Origin: Macrostomum lignano
Taxonomy: Eukaryota
Assembly (NCBI GenBank): GCA_002269645.1
Contig: NIVC01001048.1
Location: 1-64,000 of the forward strand
Direction: 5' to 3'
Length of the DNA stretch: 64,000 nucleotides
Every line of letters begins with the position of its first letter. The stretch's first letter is position 1. Made by a program: the position numbers and the translations under genes. Below the pieces are notes generated by a model. The model was not told the DNA's origin, did not search any database, and saw only the letters and a list, made by a program, of their open reading frames with translations. This document shows positions 12,421-24,810 of this stretch, one piece after another.

Positions 12421-12787
12421 TGTGGCGACCCCCCAATCCTTGGACTGAACAGCCGTACGCAGCCTTCAGATGCGCCGCGAAAATAGCCGCGGTTGAGCTG
12501 TCGGTTGCACAACTCTCAATTAGGGCAGGTGTACATGTAAGCAATTATAATTATTATATTATTGATTGACGTCAGGGTGTATAATATGTTAACACATGAA
12601 CTCATTAGCAAGCTTTAGAGTATTGCACTTAACCCAAAGTTGACTGTTTTATGTCAGTGAGTTAGACAAAATACTATTGTACCTTGACCCCGCGTGCTTG
12701 ACCATGTTAATATGTGCTTTATTGCCAGTGCGTGCCCCAGCCATTATGCACTAGAATACTAAGATGAAAAATGCTATAATGCGGCAT

Positions 12788-13581
12788 GTGACAGACACAA
12801 GACACTGTAGGAAAGTCACTCGGCAGTGACAGACACAAGACACTGCAGGAAAGTCACTCGGCAGTGACAGACACAAGACACTGCAGGAAAGTCACTCGGC
12901 AGTGACAGACACAAGACACTGCAGGAAAGTCACTCGGCAGTGACAGACACAAGACACTGCAGGGAAGTCACTCGGCAGTGACAGACACAAGACACTGCAG
13001 GGAAGTCACTCGGCAGTGACAGACACAAGACACTGCAGGGAAGTCACTCGGCAGTGACAGACACAAGACACTGCAGGAAAGTCACTCGGCAGTGACAGAC
13101 ACAAAACACTGCAGGAAAGTCACTCGGCAGTGACAGACACAAGAAACTGCAGGGAAGTCACTCGGCAGTGACAGACACAAGACACTGCAGGGAAGTCACT
13201 CGGCAGTGACAGACACAAGACACTGCAGGAAAGTCACTCGGCAGTGACAGACACAAGACACTGCAGGGAAGTCACTCGGCAGTGACAGACACAAGACACT
13301 GTAGGAAAGTCACTCGGCAGTGACAGACACAAGACACTGCAGGAAAGTCACTCGGCAGTGACAGACACAAGACACTGTAGGAAAGTCACTCGGCAGTGAC
13401 AGACACAAGACACTGCAGGAAAGTCACTCGGCAGTCACAGACACAAGACACTGCAGGAAAGTCACTCGGCAGTGACAGACACAAGACACTGCAGGAAAGT
13501 CACTCGGCAGTGACAGACACAAGACACTGCAGGAAAGTCACTCGGCAGTGACAGACACAAGACACTGCAGGAAAGTCACTC
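12788..13581. repeat. 38-bp minisatellite, ~21 copies
   Basis: gacagacacaagacactgcaggaaagtcactcggcagt repeated. Confidence 0.95.
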
Positions 13582-13900
13582 GTCTTCTCATCCCACTAAA
13601 TTATCACTCTGCTGTTTGATAAACCTCAAAAAAGCGAAACATTTAGCAAGTCAGTGATGTTTAGTAATCAAAATTAGGCAGTAAAATTGGCAGACAGGTA
13701 ATTTTACACAAATTTATTTTCTAAAATTTCAGAATACCTATAGAGAGCATTGCTAGTGTTATTTAACAGGTGTTGTTTTGTTTGTTTAATTTCTCCAATG
13801 AACATTAGCAGAGCTGAATAAAGAAATGCTGCATCACTACACAAGAAAACATAACTAAAAAAACCGATTAATGCAGCCACAGAAGACGCATCCATGCCCA

Positions 13901-14329
13901 TCAACTAGCAGGCGTCTCGGGGCTGCCGTCACTCCGCAGTCCATCGCTGACATCATTCTGTTGCTGACCAAACGATTCCAGTTCCATTTTAACCAGCTTA
14001 TTTCCCGGGATCATGGCCAAACCGAGGGAGCGGCAATCACGCGGATCAGCCAAGCAATCCGCCAAGCTCTGGTACTCCAAACAGCCAGCCAGGATGATGT
14101 TGGAGTCACGGTCTGTGCAAGCAAACGTGCCAACCAGTACGCGACCGTCGATCATTGTGCAGCGAAGCAGCCGACCCAGACACTCGGTTAGAAACTTCAA
14201 AGCGGCCATCCTTTCTGGTGAGCATTCTGCCTGAGCTTGTTGGTGGCCTTCTGACAGGCTCAGGGAGTCAATGCTGGCTGCGACAGCGTCTGCGCCATCT
14301 GCACAGCCTGCAGCTTTGTGGTGATTCAT
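13901..14329 (-). CDS. NAA38: NatC auxiliary subunit (LSM-domain protein, Mak31/LSMD1), intronless, 142 aa
   Basis: Sm fold with NAA38-type motifs: RCTMIDGRVLVGTFACTDRDSNIIL and RSLGLAMIPGNKLVKMEL. ATG at 14329. Confidence 0.9.
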   Translation of the reverse strand: MNHHKAAGCADGADAVAASIDSLSLSEGHQQAQAECSPERMAALKFLTECLGRLLRCTMIDGRVLVGTFACTDRDSNIILAGCLEYQSLADCLADPRDCRSLGLAMIPGNKLVKMELESFGQQQNDVSDGLRSDGSPETPAS

Positions 14330-17300
14330 GCTAATAAAAGTGGGACACAAAAATGCCTCAAACAATTCTTGGATTTATGTACTGTAAAACAGTTGGATGA
14401 ATTTTTTTAACTAACTATTAACTACTACCATATAGCTATTTCAGATAGAATCTAAAATTTGAAATTAGATTTTTTATCCTAATACCAATGTTTTTATATT
14501 GTATTGTAATTTACTTTCTATAGGCCTATAAGTGTATTATTTTATAGATTTATTGCCTAGGCAATGTATGCACAACATCAGAAATTATACTAGCTACAAA
14601 ACCTACAAGATCCTTTGTGTAACTTAGTTGCTTTTTTGCAATTAGCTTTGTTTTGGCCATTCTATTTTCTCTCTTTCATTCTATCTTTGTTGTTCTTTGC
14701 TTTCTTGTTTTTCGACTATCAATATTATAAGATAACCTTGATTTAGTCTACTACAAATTATACTAGCCAGATAGGCTAGGTTGGCTATTAGCTACACATG
14801 TATGCTATTAGACCCAGGCTTTATTGTCCCCTTAATGAGTTATTGCATTTTAGATAATGCTTCATGGTTCATTTTCATTAATATAAGTAGCTCATTGTCT
14901 AAAAAATGCAAAAACTACTCAAATTTTAGCATACTAAAATAACCTTTGAAGGTTGCTTAAATCCTAGAATAAAGCCTTTTATGATTAATAGGTTAATCCT
15001 AGGATTTTTTAGAATTTTAGGAATCATAGGATCCTATGATCATGCCTTCTGTCTCAATAATGCAAGATAAATACTAGAAATATATATTAATTGTTCAAAT
15101 TAGTGCTTTGGAAAAAATTTATAACAAAAATTGCCTTTTGCAAATTATAGCCATTCAATATTTAGCATTTAAGGAAAATATTACTTTCCTATTAATGGCT
15201 TTTCTTCAATTATTACTTATGTATAACCAAAATATACTAGCCTTTTACCATTATACAAACTCTTATTACCAAGGTAGGCTTCATTATTAGATGATATATT
15301 TTGTATATGAGTATCACTAATAGTCTTTAGTATAGTCTGTAGATAGTCTTTAGTAGTCTTTTTGCTATTAAAGGTTAAAATTGTCTTGATAGACCCTAGT
15401 TTTTTAAATACACTAGGCCAAAAAAATAAATATCTAGCTAGACAAAGCCAAGGTATTTTTTGTAATAAACAATTAAACCTTAGTACTTGTAGATGAGTAT
15501 TTTATCTTTTATCTAAATTCTATATATCTATATCTTTTATCTTTTAAATATATTTTATCTATTTTATGAGTACTTATTTTATTTTTTTATATACTAAAAA
15601 CAATATTCTATTTTAAAGAAATTTAGTATACATTATATCCAAAAACTGCATGATCTAAACTAAGCTAAATGCTTAAATAAAGCAAATTGAAGGTTTAGAA
15701 TTTATGAATAAAATAAAAATGACTAAATCAATAAAACTTATAAATTTGACTTGTTGAACTTAAGGCAAGACCTATAAGCTATAGAATATTTCTACTTATT
15801 TTTTAAGACTAATTGATTAGATATATCTAATAGAAGAGTTCATTACCCATATGCTTTGCTTATACTCTTATAACAAAACAATTATCAAGATATGAGAAAA
15901 TATCCTAAAACTCATTAATATTTATCACGAAACAAATAGACACTCGTTTTACTAATTTAATTATACAAATAACAAAATTGTTATTTGTCCAATATTACCT
16001 GAATGAATTGTGGTAATAGCTATTTGTCTTGTCGGCTTCTAGTTAATCTATCAACAAGATGATCCCACAATAGACAATCTAGCAATAGTCAAAGTAGCAA
16101 CATATTTCATTTTAGGGTGGTATCTTTTCTAATAAAAATTGAACATTCATTGCTATACTTCTAACATAATTTAGGTGTCATATAAAAATTTTAATTTAAG
16201 TATGGTAATTTGTATTGTCTATTGTCTATTTATTATATCTATATAATGCTTGTTGGAGCTTCCTAGTTGATATCTTTATTAAGCTACAAAGTAAAAAAAT
16301 AAATACTGGGTAATTTGACATTTGATTATAAAACTATAATCATATAGTATATATCCTTTACTAAGTATAAGTATATATCCTTTACTAAAAATAAAGAACA
16401 CACAAAATTTAATGCAGTTTCTTATTTTTTAAACTTAAGCAATGTTATCATTATAAAATAAGCTATTAAAACCTGCAGATTTTGAACCTACAAATTTCAA
16501 TATATGGAACTCTTGCATACATTCTATTCAAAATAAATATAGATTATAATATACCAATAATAATTAATAACAATTATAAATTATAATTATAATAATTATA
16601 ATAATACAAGCTACATGTAAAAGCTCTCTAATCTGTTTAAATGTTAAACAGCCAATTTAATAGCTTTATACCTTTTTGCCAGATTAACTATCACCATTTA
16701 GACTGTTATCAGATTGTCTGTTGCTAGATTTTCCTATTAGCTATTGCCAAATTGACTGGATACCCATCTAGTCATTGCTATTGGACAAATAACAACTGCC
16801 TTAATGTTTTATTAATGATTGGACCTTAGTAGTTGGCTATTATTAATCTTTGTGATTAGATGGTCTATAAAGGTGAGAGTATGGGGTCTCATTTGATTTT
16901 CTATGTCTAGAATATATATACTAAATTTGATTTTCTATGTCTTAAGACTAGGCCTATATTCTATATTTATTAAATATTGAAGATTAGATATAAACCTATA
17001 TAAACCAACCTCAATTTACTAAAAAGAATCTTCCAACCCTAAAACTTTTCTTCATTCACTATAGGCCTACCACAATGATTAATCTAAAGATACATAAATT
17101 TGGGATAAAATTAAATATATATAGAGGGTAGAGCTTTTATAAAAAAAGCACCTCAAGTCAAAATTGTCTTGGCCTGTTCTTAGAGACAAAGTTATGATCA
17201 TATTTAAAACTGAAATTATTTAATAAATATCTTAAGACTTAAGTTGAAGAAGTCCTAAAAAAGCTAATAGTTCCAGCTTAAGCATACCTGCAATACTTCA

Positions 17301-19956
17301 TGAAATAAGGCTTTTTAGACATCTATTCTATTGCTAGATCTACTACCTACCTACTACTTTCTCTTATTATACTAGGCCTAAATATAAACTAGGCCTACCC
17401 ACCTACCTAATTTATAATTGATTCACACCAACGCCAACAGACCGGTGACCTGGATCTTGATGCCATTAGTTTCTCCAAACTAATGTGGTCTGTGGATGCC
17501 AATGGTGTGAACCTAATATATAAGAAGACATTAAAGAGGAGATTATTAAGATAGATGAAAATTTAGGCATTGAATCAATAAGCTTGCTCAGAAGTTCCAA
17601 AATATAACATCAGAATTTATCTATTGTCCCTTTGGCTTAGAAACACTAGTGGATTAGAATCGATAGCTGTTTAGGTTAGGTTAGTGAGGGGGGGTCCCAT
17701 TTTGTCGTAGAAAAGTTTTTTTTGAAATTAAACTTATAAAAAAACAAATTCGTCTAAAATCAAGTCAAAATTTGTTCTTAGATATTTAAAAAAAGACTTA
17801 GTTTGATTAAAAATCACTAAACTTTCACCCGTTAAAGACTTTTGCTACAGGTATATGTAATCGAAAAATGAAGACGCACAGTTACATGTTAAAGACGGCT
17901 TAGTAATAATAATTCAGCTAGTGTGCCGGCAGCTGGCTGCCAGAAAATCAAAGTCTTTTTTGATCTTTCAGTCAATTTCAGTCAATTGAAATTTGAGTCT
18001 TTCCTTGAAAGTCTTTCCTTGAAATAAAAAAATCAAAGTCTAGACCATGGCATTATTAGTGGCATAGAATTGAAATTATTGCTTTCAAAAGTGCCTTTAA
18101 TTTTTCTCTTTTTTTGTGCTGTGAATGAGAGGAAATATAAAACGATGCTTATTCGAGAGATCATTATGTACATGTGATACTATATATGTAGCTTATGATG
18201 TTCTATAGCCCTAATACAGGCTATCATTCTGGTTCACTGGTAAAACTAATACATACAGTTCAATTGGTTGCCCGCTGCACCAATGTGATAATGTATAAAA
18301 TCGGTTTCAAGCGTGGTTTGCGAAAAATCGTTTAGCTAACTAGCTACTACCAGTACTGACAAGAGGTGTTGTTGCATGTGGTATACATTACTAATAATTT
18401 CTTCAGATAATGCAACTCTTAACAGATCTACAGCAAGGGGCTTCATGTTCAAGTTCATACATATGCAATCCAGTTACAATATATGCAACTGGTTTGCGCT
18501 GAAAATCTATAATTCCCACAATGCAGAGCCTGCATGGCTTTCGCGAAGCCACGTACAGTAGCGGTCCATACGAGATCACGTGCAAGTATGTCTAATGAAA
18601 ACAACTATAAATTTCGTGTGCCAGTTCCAAAGTCCAGCGCACTACTGTTCTGTAGCTGAAGGCTGTACAACTTAGCACGGTTATTACTGCTGGCAGATAT
18701 AATGGTGACTGAGTAGTTAAGGGTCAGCTAAAAGAGACAGCAAAATGTAGAACTCTGGAGCGCAGCGCAGTAGCATTATTCTATACCAATAAGTACTGAA
18801 AGAAACAGTTTAAGAAATGCGAGTTACTGTCGGAGCATTTCTGCATTTTTTGTCAAGCATGCTTCCGTGCTAGCTCAGAGGCCCAGAGCGAGTCTCTTCT
18901 ATAGATTGCAGAAGCCAGTTTTTTGATCCAGATATATTTTCTGCATAGCAAATAAAATTGTTTGACAATTGCCAAAAACTTTTGGTACATAAAATAGCGC
19001 AGATAAAAAACACAAAAAAGCCAAAGAGCGGCAACTCAAAGTGAGACAAACAGCATTGGGGGCGACCTTCTCTTGACCCGTTAGGAGTGAATTTTGAAAA
19101 TTAGTCTGGCAATTGCATGAACAAAAACTGCTTATGAAATATGCTTATAACTCAAATCTGTTTATTGTGCCAAAGTGTGCCAAGCATAATTTAATAAGGT
19201 CACATTAATAAATTAATAAATTTCTGTTTATATATTATTTCTATCGCCGTGGCGCACTAAACAAGGCGAATACAATTTTTTTAAATCTTAGCATAAATAA
19301 TAAAAACTGAACAATGTTATTGTTAGAGCAATAAAATCAGTTTAGCATAGCATTTTGCTGGAGGCTATAGATCGAGATCGGAGCTCAGAAGCAAGCAAAG
19401 TTGAGAGGCCAACAATAGCGACAAGCAAGAAACCAGCATAGATCGATAATTATCTAAGTTAGTTAAATTACGCTCGTATATAGTAAAATTAATGTCACTC
19501 CATAGTATCAAATGCGTACATAAAATTAACAGTAAATTTTCTTATAATTTCCCAAGTCTCGTCTAAAATGAATTAACAAAACTAGTCCAACACACTGCAA
19601 AAGTCCACACCAACGACAACAAAATTTAAGAGAAGAGTTGAGATGTCAGAGAGAAAGGCTAATTAAAAAAACTAGCGAGTATCAAGTGGTGACACAAATA
19701 AAGTTATTTAAATTAAAGTCAGAAAACGCATCAATGAAAAGTAGTTTGGGTGTAAAAGTTGAACTTTTTATGCCTACAGATTTTAATTACATTATATCAC
19801 TTGGACGCAAAAAATAGACAGTTTAATTAACGTTAAAATGACAAAATCCCTCTCTCAGTTTCGAATTATTATTATCGAATATTTATGCCCATTCGCTTAT
19901 CAGTTTTAGCAATCAGGAAAACCCATTGTATAAAAAAGATTGAATAAACAAAAAGG

Positions 19957-21232
19957 TCACTCCCTCTTACTGGCCCAATTCATATCGTCACTCCTCGGCT
20001 TGGCTCCCGTAGTCTTCTCGATCCAGTACTCCAGCGTGGTCCAGAAGCCGATCAGCTCCAGCGGATAGTTGAGCCAGCCAGTGGTGATGCAGAAGTAGGT
20101 CTCGTGAGGCGACACGTGGTGGATCCGGTGATGACGCTTAGGCAGAATCAGGTGCATCGCTTGCAAAGCGTTGATGTACCATGGCAAACCGAAATAGGTG
20201 TGCGACCACTTGTGAAACTGGTTGGTCAGGCTCACAAATAGAATCAGCATGTACAGATAGGCTAGCCAATTGTATTCCGCCTGGATAGCGGCTTGGTCAG
20301 CTGACATGAGGCGAGCCGTCATGTAGGCCAGCACTGGCACGCATACGGCGAAGTTGTCCCCGTTAGTCTCGATGAAGTCGTGCCTAAAGTACACGCATGG
20401 TTGGCAATTAAATATTTTTAATAACTATTCAGTAACAATAGTGTTGGTAGATACAAACATGTTTTATTAGAGATAAACTGGATACTATTAGAGATAAACT
20501 GGATACTATTAGGAATAAACTGGATGCCAACAGAGACAAACTGGACCCCCATCAGAGATAAACTGTACAGCCATTAGATATAAACTGTACCCCCAGAGAT
20601 AAACTGTACCACCATCAGAGATAAACTGGACGCCATCAGAGACAAACTGGATGTTATCAGAGATAAACTGGATACCATTAGAATTAAACAGGATGCTATT
20701 AGAGATAAACTGGATCCCATTAGGGATAAACAGGATTCCATTAGAATTAAACAGGATGCTATTAGAGATAAACAGGATCCCATTACACTAAAAACCGGAG
20801 AGAGCATTCTCACCTAGTTATGGCAGTGGGATCAATATGATGCTCGCGAAACGGTCGCAGGAAGGCCTTCCCAAGCACCGGGATGTCCACCGAGCCCCAG
20901 GTGTCGGCGCCCCAGTGAACCAGGCCGGAGAAGAAGTCCGCAGTGAGAATGCCAGCCAGAGCTCCAAGCAGCACGCCAAACCAATTAGATGGATCGAAGC
21001 GGGCAGCCAGATAGGCACCGTTGACAGCCATGAGGCAGATGGCAGCGGCCAGACACAGTGTCTCCTGCACCCGCTTGGCCGGGGTGTAACCAGCGGCCAG
21101 CTCCTTGGCACCGGCATGCTGGGAGCCCCATCTGGGAGCTGAGTCAGTCTGCTCAGCCTGACTCAAGCTGTTCCCATTGGGATCTTCTTCGCACATTGAG
21201 CGCTCAATGATTGCCGAGTCATCTTTAGTCAT
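19957..21232 (-). CDS. PEDS1: Plasmanylethanolamine desaturase (TMEM189/Kua/CarF family), 2 exons, 281 aa
   Basis: Exons 21232-20814 and 20383-19957 (gtgag..tttag, phase 2). His motifs SGLVHWGADTWG, FREHHIDP, HDFIETNGDN, HKWSH, HHRIHH, YFCITTGWLN. Confidence 0.95.
20466..20785. repeat. Degenerate ~21-bp repeat filling the PEDS1 intron
   Basis: attagagataaactggat-like units repeated. Confidence 0.8.
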
Positions 21233-21410
21233 TTTTTGTGTTTTTAATATAATTATGTTTACTGTAATATTTTTGGCTCTGGTCTAGCAGATCAGGCAAA
21301 GATAGCTGCAGAATAATTTGTTTATAGTTCTAATTATTTAATAATAAGGATAATCAAACCAGAAAAGTATAAGGTGGAAAAATTATAGAAGTAGCTCGAA
21401 GCTACAAGAA

Positions 21411-21494
21411 GCTCGATTCCAAGTGCAGTCGCATTAACTTGGGGCTCAATTGGAATCTCGGCTTGGCTCTGCTTGTGCAATTAACGCCCTTGAG
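21411..21494 (+). mobile_element. Fragment of tRNA-SINE family A
   Basis: Matches 41637-41720 of the full copy. Confidence 0.8.
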
Positions 21495-21508
21495 GGAACA
21501 TGCCTAAG

Positions 21509-21692
21509 GAGAAGTTGTAGCCAAGTGGTTAGTGTCTGACTCATTACTGGAAGGTCGGGGGTTTGATTCCTGATCCCACTGGAACAATTAGTGTCCTTGA
21601 GCAAGACGTTTAAGTCTGTATTGCTGTAAAATGGGTGCCAGCATTAGCTGGGGTAATTGAGGGTGTGTGTGGCGACCCCCATTCTTGGACTG
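21509..21692 (+). mobile_element. tRNA-derived SINE family B
   Basis: A box tagccaagtgg, B-box-like gtttgattcc, central gtgtccttgagcaagac...gtaaaatgggt resembling conserved metazoan SINE body domains. Its 3' end tgtggcgacccc..cttggactga recurs at 12421-12448. Confidence 0.65.
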
Positions 21693-21714
21693 ATTCATAG
21701 ACTCATAGCAAACA

Positions 21715-21876
21715 TCTTTGTCCATGACAAAATTACTCGAATAAGGTGATTTATAAAACTAAAGAAGTAATTGACTCTTAAGAAAAGAAAATGTGCCTTT
21801 TAATTGGGATTTGCATGAATAATTTATGCTCCTTGCTTATTGGGTAGCCCCAAGGGGGGCACTAGTAGATTGCTAG
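21715..21876 (+). mobile_element. Non-autonomous mini-Helitron, copy 1
   Basis: A|TC start, subterminal cccc-(g)aa-gggg hairpin, CTAG|T end, no TSD; homologous to 51762-51920. Confidence 0.65.
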
Positions 21877-22288
21877 TGATTAAGTAAATCCTATCTCTAC
21901 TATATAAACTTTTGTAATTTATGCTATTTAATTTGCTTATTTTAACAAAGACTATTAATCTAGAAATTTTATACTAGATTTTAGCTACCCTCAATGCCTT
22001 TTCACACTTGCTATATAGTCAAATGAAAAACAGTGGAAATTTAAGTTAGAAGGGTAAAAACTTTTTTGATAGGAAAGAGTCTGTCCCCTGACCTAGAGTC
22101 AATACCAATGAGGTTTTTATGCCAGTATTTGAGGCTCTGACTTTCAATAATACAAAAGGCTAATGGTTCCATCTATAGTTGCAACATGCTATTATCTCTG
22201 TTGGCTGCCCTTTGTTGCTTTTTTGATTATTAAGTAGGGCCTGTCGTTGATTGAAAATCTCACATTTGTTGAGTTGGACAAGCATACA

Positions 22289-22449
22289 TGCGCAGCCTTG
22301 GGAATCACCTGGCCATTTCTATTGGTAATACACACATCTAAGTCGCTATTGGCTAAGAGCAGTCACGTGACTACTATTCCGTCCAATAGCCACTTACATG
22401 TGTGTATTGCCAATAGAAACAGCCAGGTGAATCCCTAGGTTGTGCCCAA
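22289..22449. repeat. ~160-bp imperfect palindrome (MITE/foldback-like)
   Basis: Arms ggaatcacctggccatttctattggtaatacacacat / atgtgtgtattgccaatagaaacagccaggtgaatcc, centred on gtcacgtgac. Confidence 0.8.
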
Positions 22450-23373
22450 GCATGTGGACAAGACTTTCAAGGCTGCTTTCAAATTTTCACTAAAGCAGCT
22501 TACTTTGATAGTTGATAGGGATAGTGGACTAATCAATTAATAATAGAAACTTAACTAAGCTATCTATGTACTTTGACTAGGCTGATCCAAATAAGTTGCA
22601 ACATGAGATATTTTGCCTGATTTTTTATCATTTTAGGCATAAGGGATATGCGTAGATTAGATATTTAAGCAAAAAAGTTGTTATAAGGTGCCAAAATGGA
22701 AAAGTGGAATGCATTGAACTCAAAAGGAAAAAAGAAGAATAACTTAAAGGAAAAAAGAAAAATATCTTAGCAAAGAGTACAAGTACAAGGAAGCAGGTAG
22801 GCATACAACCATGATAACAATGATCATAATCTTATCAGAATAGGGATTTAATACTAAGCAAATTTAGGCTGCTTGTAGTGACTGATTTTCTTACTTTCCT
22901 ATACTAGTATTGAATTCCTATAAATTCTTAATTAATATAGCATAAAAATGATAAAAAAATTAAAACTGAGGTAAAGTACAAAAGCCAAGACTTGTAAAGT
23001 CTAACTATATAATCATACAAGGCATGAACCTATATGCCTCTGCTTTGGAAAAGCTACTCAAAGTGCTCCTTTGTTGTTTGAATTTAAACTACATAGTCCT
23101 TCTTACCAGTGAGCTTATTGCCATGTTTGTTGAAGAAGGTTTTTAGCAAATCAAACTGATCCAGGATTGGTTTCAAAACTGGAGCAAGCTGTAACCACTA
23201 GTCTTAATAGGCCACAGAAACTTCAACTTCTTGACTTAATCTAACAAATTAGCTAGGTAGTCATATTTTTTTCTATTGGGGCATTGTAATAAAATTGAGG
23301 TAAGGTAGCACGCTTTAGCAGGCAGAGAAATACAAAAGTTAAAATCAACATAGATTATAATAAATTCTTTCTT

Positions 23374-23412
23374 CCGATGCGTTTCGGTCCAACAATGACC
23401 ATCTTCAGGGTC
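23374..23412 (-). ncRNA. Minimal hammerhead ribozyme motif
   Basis: Minus strand: CUGAAGA-U-GGUC(auuguug)GACC-GAAA-CGCAUC-GG. Confidence 0.6.
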
Positions 23413-23505
23413 TGGTGTATTTTTAACTCACACAACAACTTTATAAGTGAACAAATGTTAACTGTACAGTCCAAAGGGCATAAACTGTACAGTCCAAAAT
23501 ACACC

Positions 23506-23545
23506 AGACCCTGAAGATGGTCATTGTTGGACCGAAACGTATCGG
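23506..23545 (+). ncRNA. Minimal hammerhead ribozyme motif
   Basis: CTGAAGA at 23511-23517, stem II GGTC/GACC, GAAA at 23534-23537, then CGTATC-GG. Confidence 0.6.
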
Positions 23546-24810
23546 AAGAAAGAATTTATTATAAGCATTGTAATAAAGTAAGCGGAATAAAAAAATCCTT
23601 CAAGATTGCAGTTAAGCAAATCAATATCCTTCCTCCAGACATTATAAACATGGTGAAGGCTACATCCTCCAATATCCAACAAAGTTGCACCCTGATCTTA
23701 GACCCATTGTATAACACCAACCCTTGAACCATGCATTGTGGCACAGTTGTCTGACATGAGGGAAACACAATTGCTCTTCTTTCCACTATGTTTGTCTATA
23801 TATTTGTTGATTGCATCTGCAATTTTTTTGGATTCTATTGCTTGGATAATAGACAGGCCTAGAAAAACCATTTAAATCTCCTAACTATTAAGACAGTAGA
23901 TAACAATTGCTAGGCAATTTTGCCCCTTGTTGGCTTATCAACAAGTATCAAAAATTTAGTCTCACTCATGAGCTTGCATAGCTATCAGTTCTGTTTAGAT
24001 AGATATGAATAGGCCTACCATCTATCAAGAGGTACAAAACTTTTCTGGGAGAAAGTTTCATGGTTTCCAGAATAGTAGAATTGGGGAACATTCTTTTAAA
24101 AAGTTCTACAATACTTTCAAATACCTTGTTTCTCTTGACAGTATAAAGAACCTACAAAATCTCAAGTTCAATTACACAATAAAATGGGAAAACTTGACTT
24201 CATTAAGTTTAGGCCTACTTTAAAATTCTTGTAGACACATTCAAAAACTCTACTTTCTTGCTTCTTTGCACTAATACCCAGAATTCCCATAGTGCTACAG
24301 TCCTTGTAGCTACAAGAAATCAGAAAGAATAGTTTCTTATACCAAGTAAATCTTTAGAATAGGACTATATACTTTCAATTGCAATGATATTTGGCTTGCA
24401 TAAAACCAAGAGACTAGATGCTATAGTCCTATTAAAACAAGTGGCTTTAGACCTAGAGATGGCACCTGCTTCCATTGCTATTGAACCATTTGCTTCTACT
24501 GCTATTAAACTACCTATTATAATTTCTAATACATTTAAAGTTATATCTAATCTAAACCATGCCATATCTATATTAACTAAGCACTAATACTAGCAGGAGC
24601 CAACTGTTGTGTTAGAAACAGAAACAATCAAATGTTTTAGCTTTATATAAGTATGTAATTTAAATAGAATACCTTTCTATTAATAACTCAAAATAACTAA
24701 ATAATTAAAAAAACTCAGTTTAAATAACTCAGTATTAACATTTGTTCTGTGTTTTATAATTAGGAATAATTAGGAATATAATTCTAATTCTAATTTGTTC
24801 TATGTTCTAT

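Larger units (their letters stand above)
23294..23564. mobile_element. 271-bp insertion with long inverted repeats and 13-bp TSD (Penelope pLTR-derived?)
   Basis: gcattgtaataaa at 23281-23293 and 23565-23577; ~65-bp inverted arms ~23359-23423 and ~23497-23561. Confidence 0.75.
22900..24200 (-). mobile_element. hAT-superfamily transposase fossil
   Basis: Colinear remnants on minus strand across frameshifts: LFKRMFPNSTILETMKLSPRKVLYL; LMSDNCATMHGSRVGV; LLDIGGCSLHHVYN (CxxH); KT(R)WLQLAPVLKPILDQFDLLKTFF (RW motif). Bounds approximate. Confidence 0.75.

Noticed and set aside
10534-12544. Long ORFs (207-343 aa) on several frames
   Set aside because: Translations of 28/29-bp satellites, open in multiple frames, with no splice or domain support.
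2375-13581. Regular 28-38-bp repeats resembling CRISPR arrays
   Set aside because: Head-to-tail units with no unique spacers, no cas genes, and a eukaryotic context.
17430-18560. Exon-like islands (TGDLDLDAISFSKLMWSVDANG; 18416-18550)
   Set aside because: Isolated, unrecognised and not linkable.
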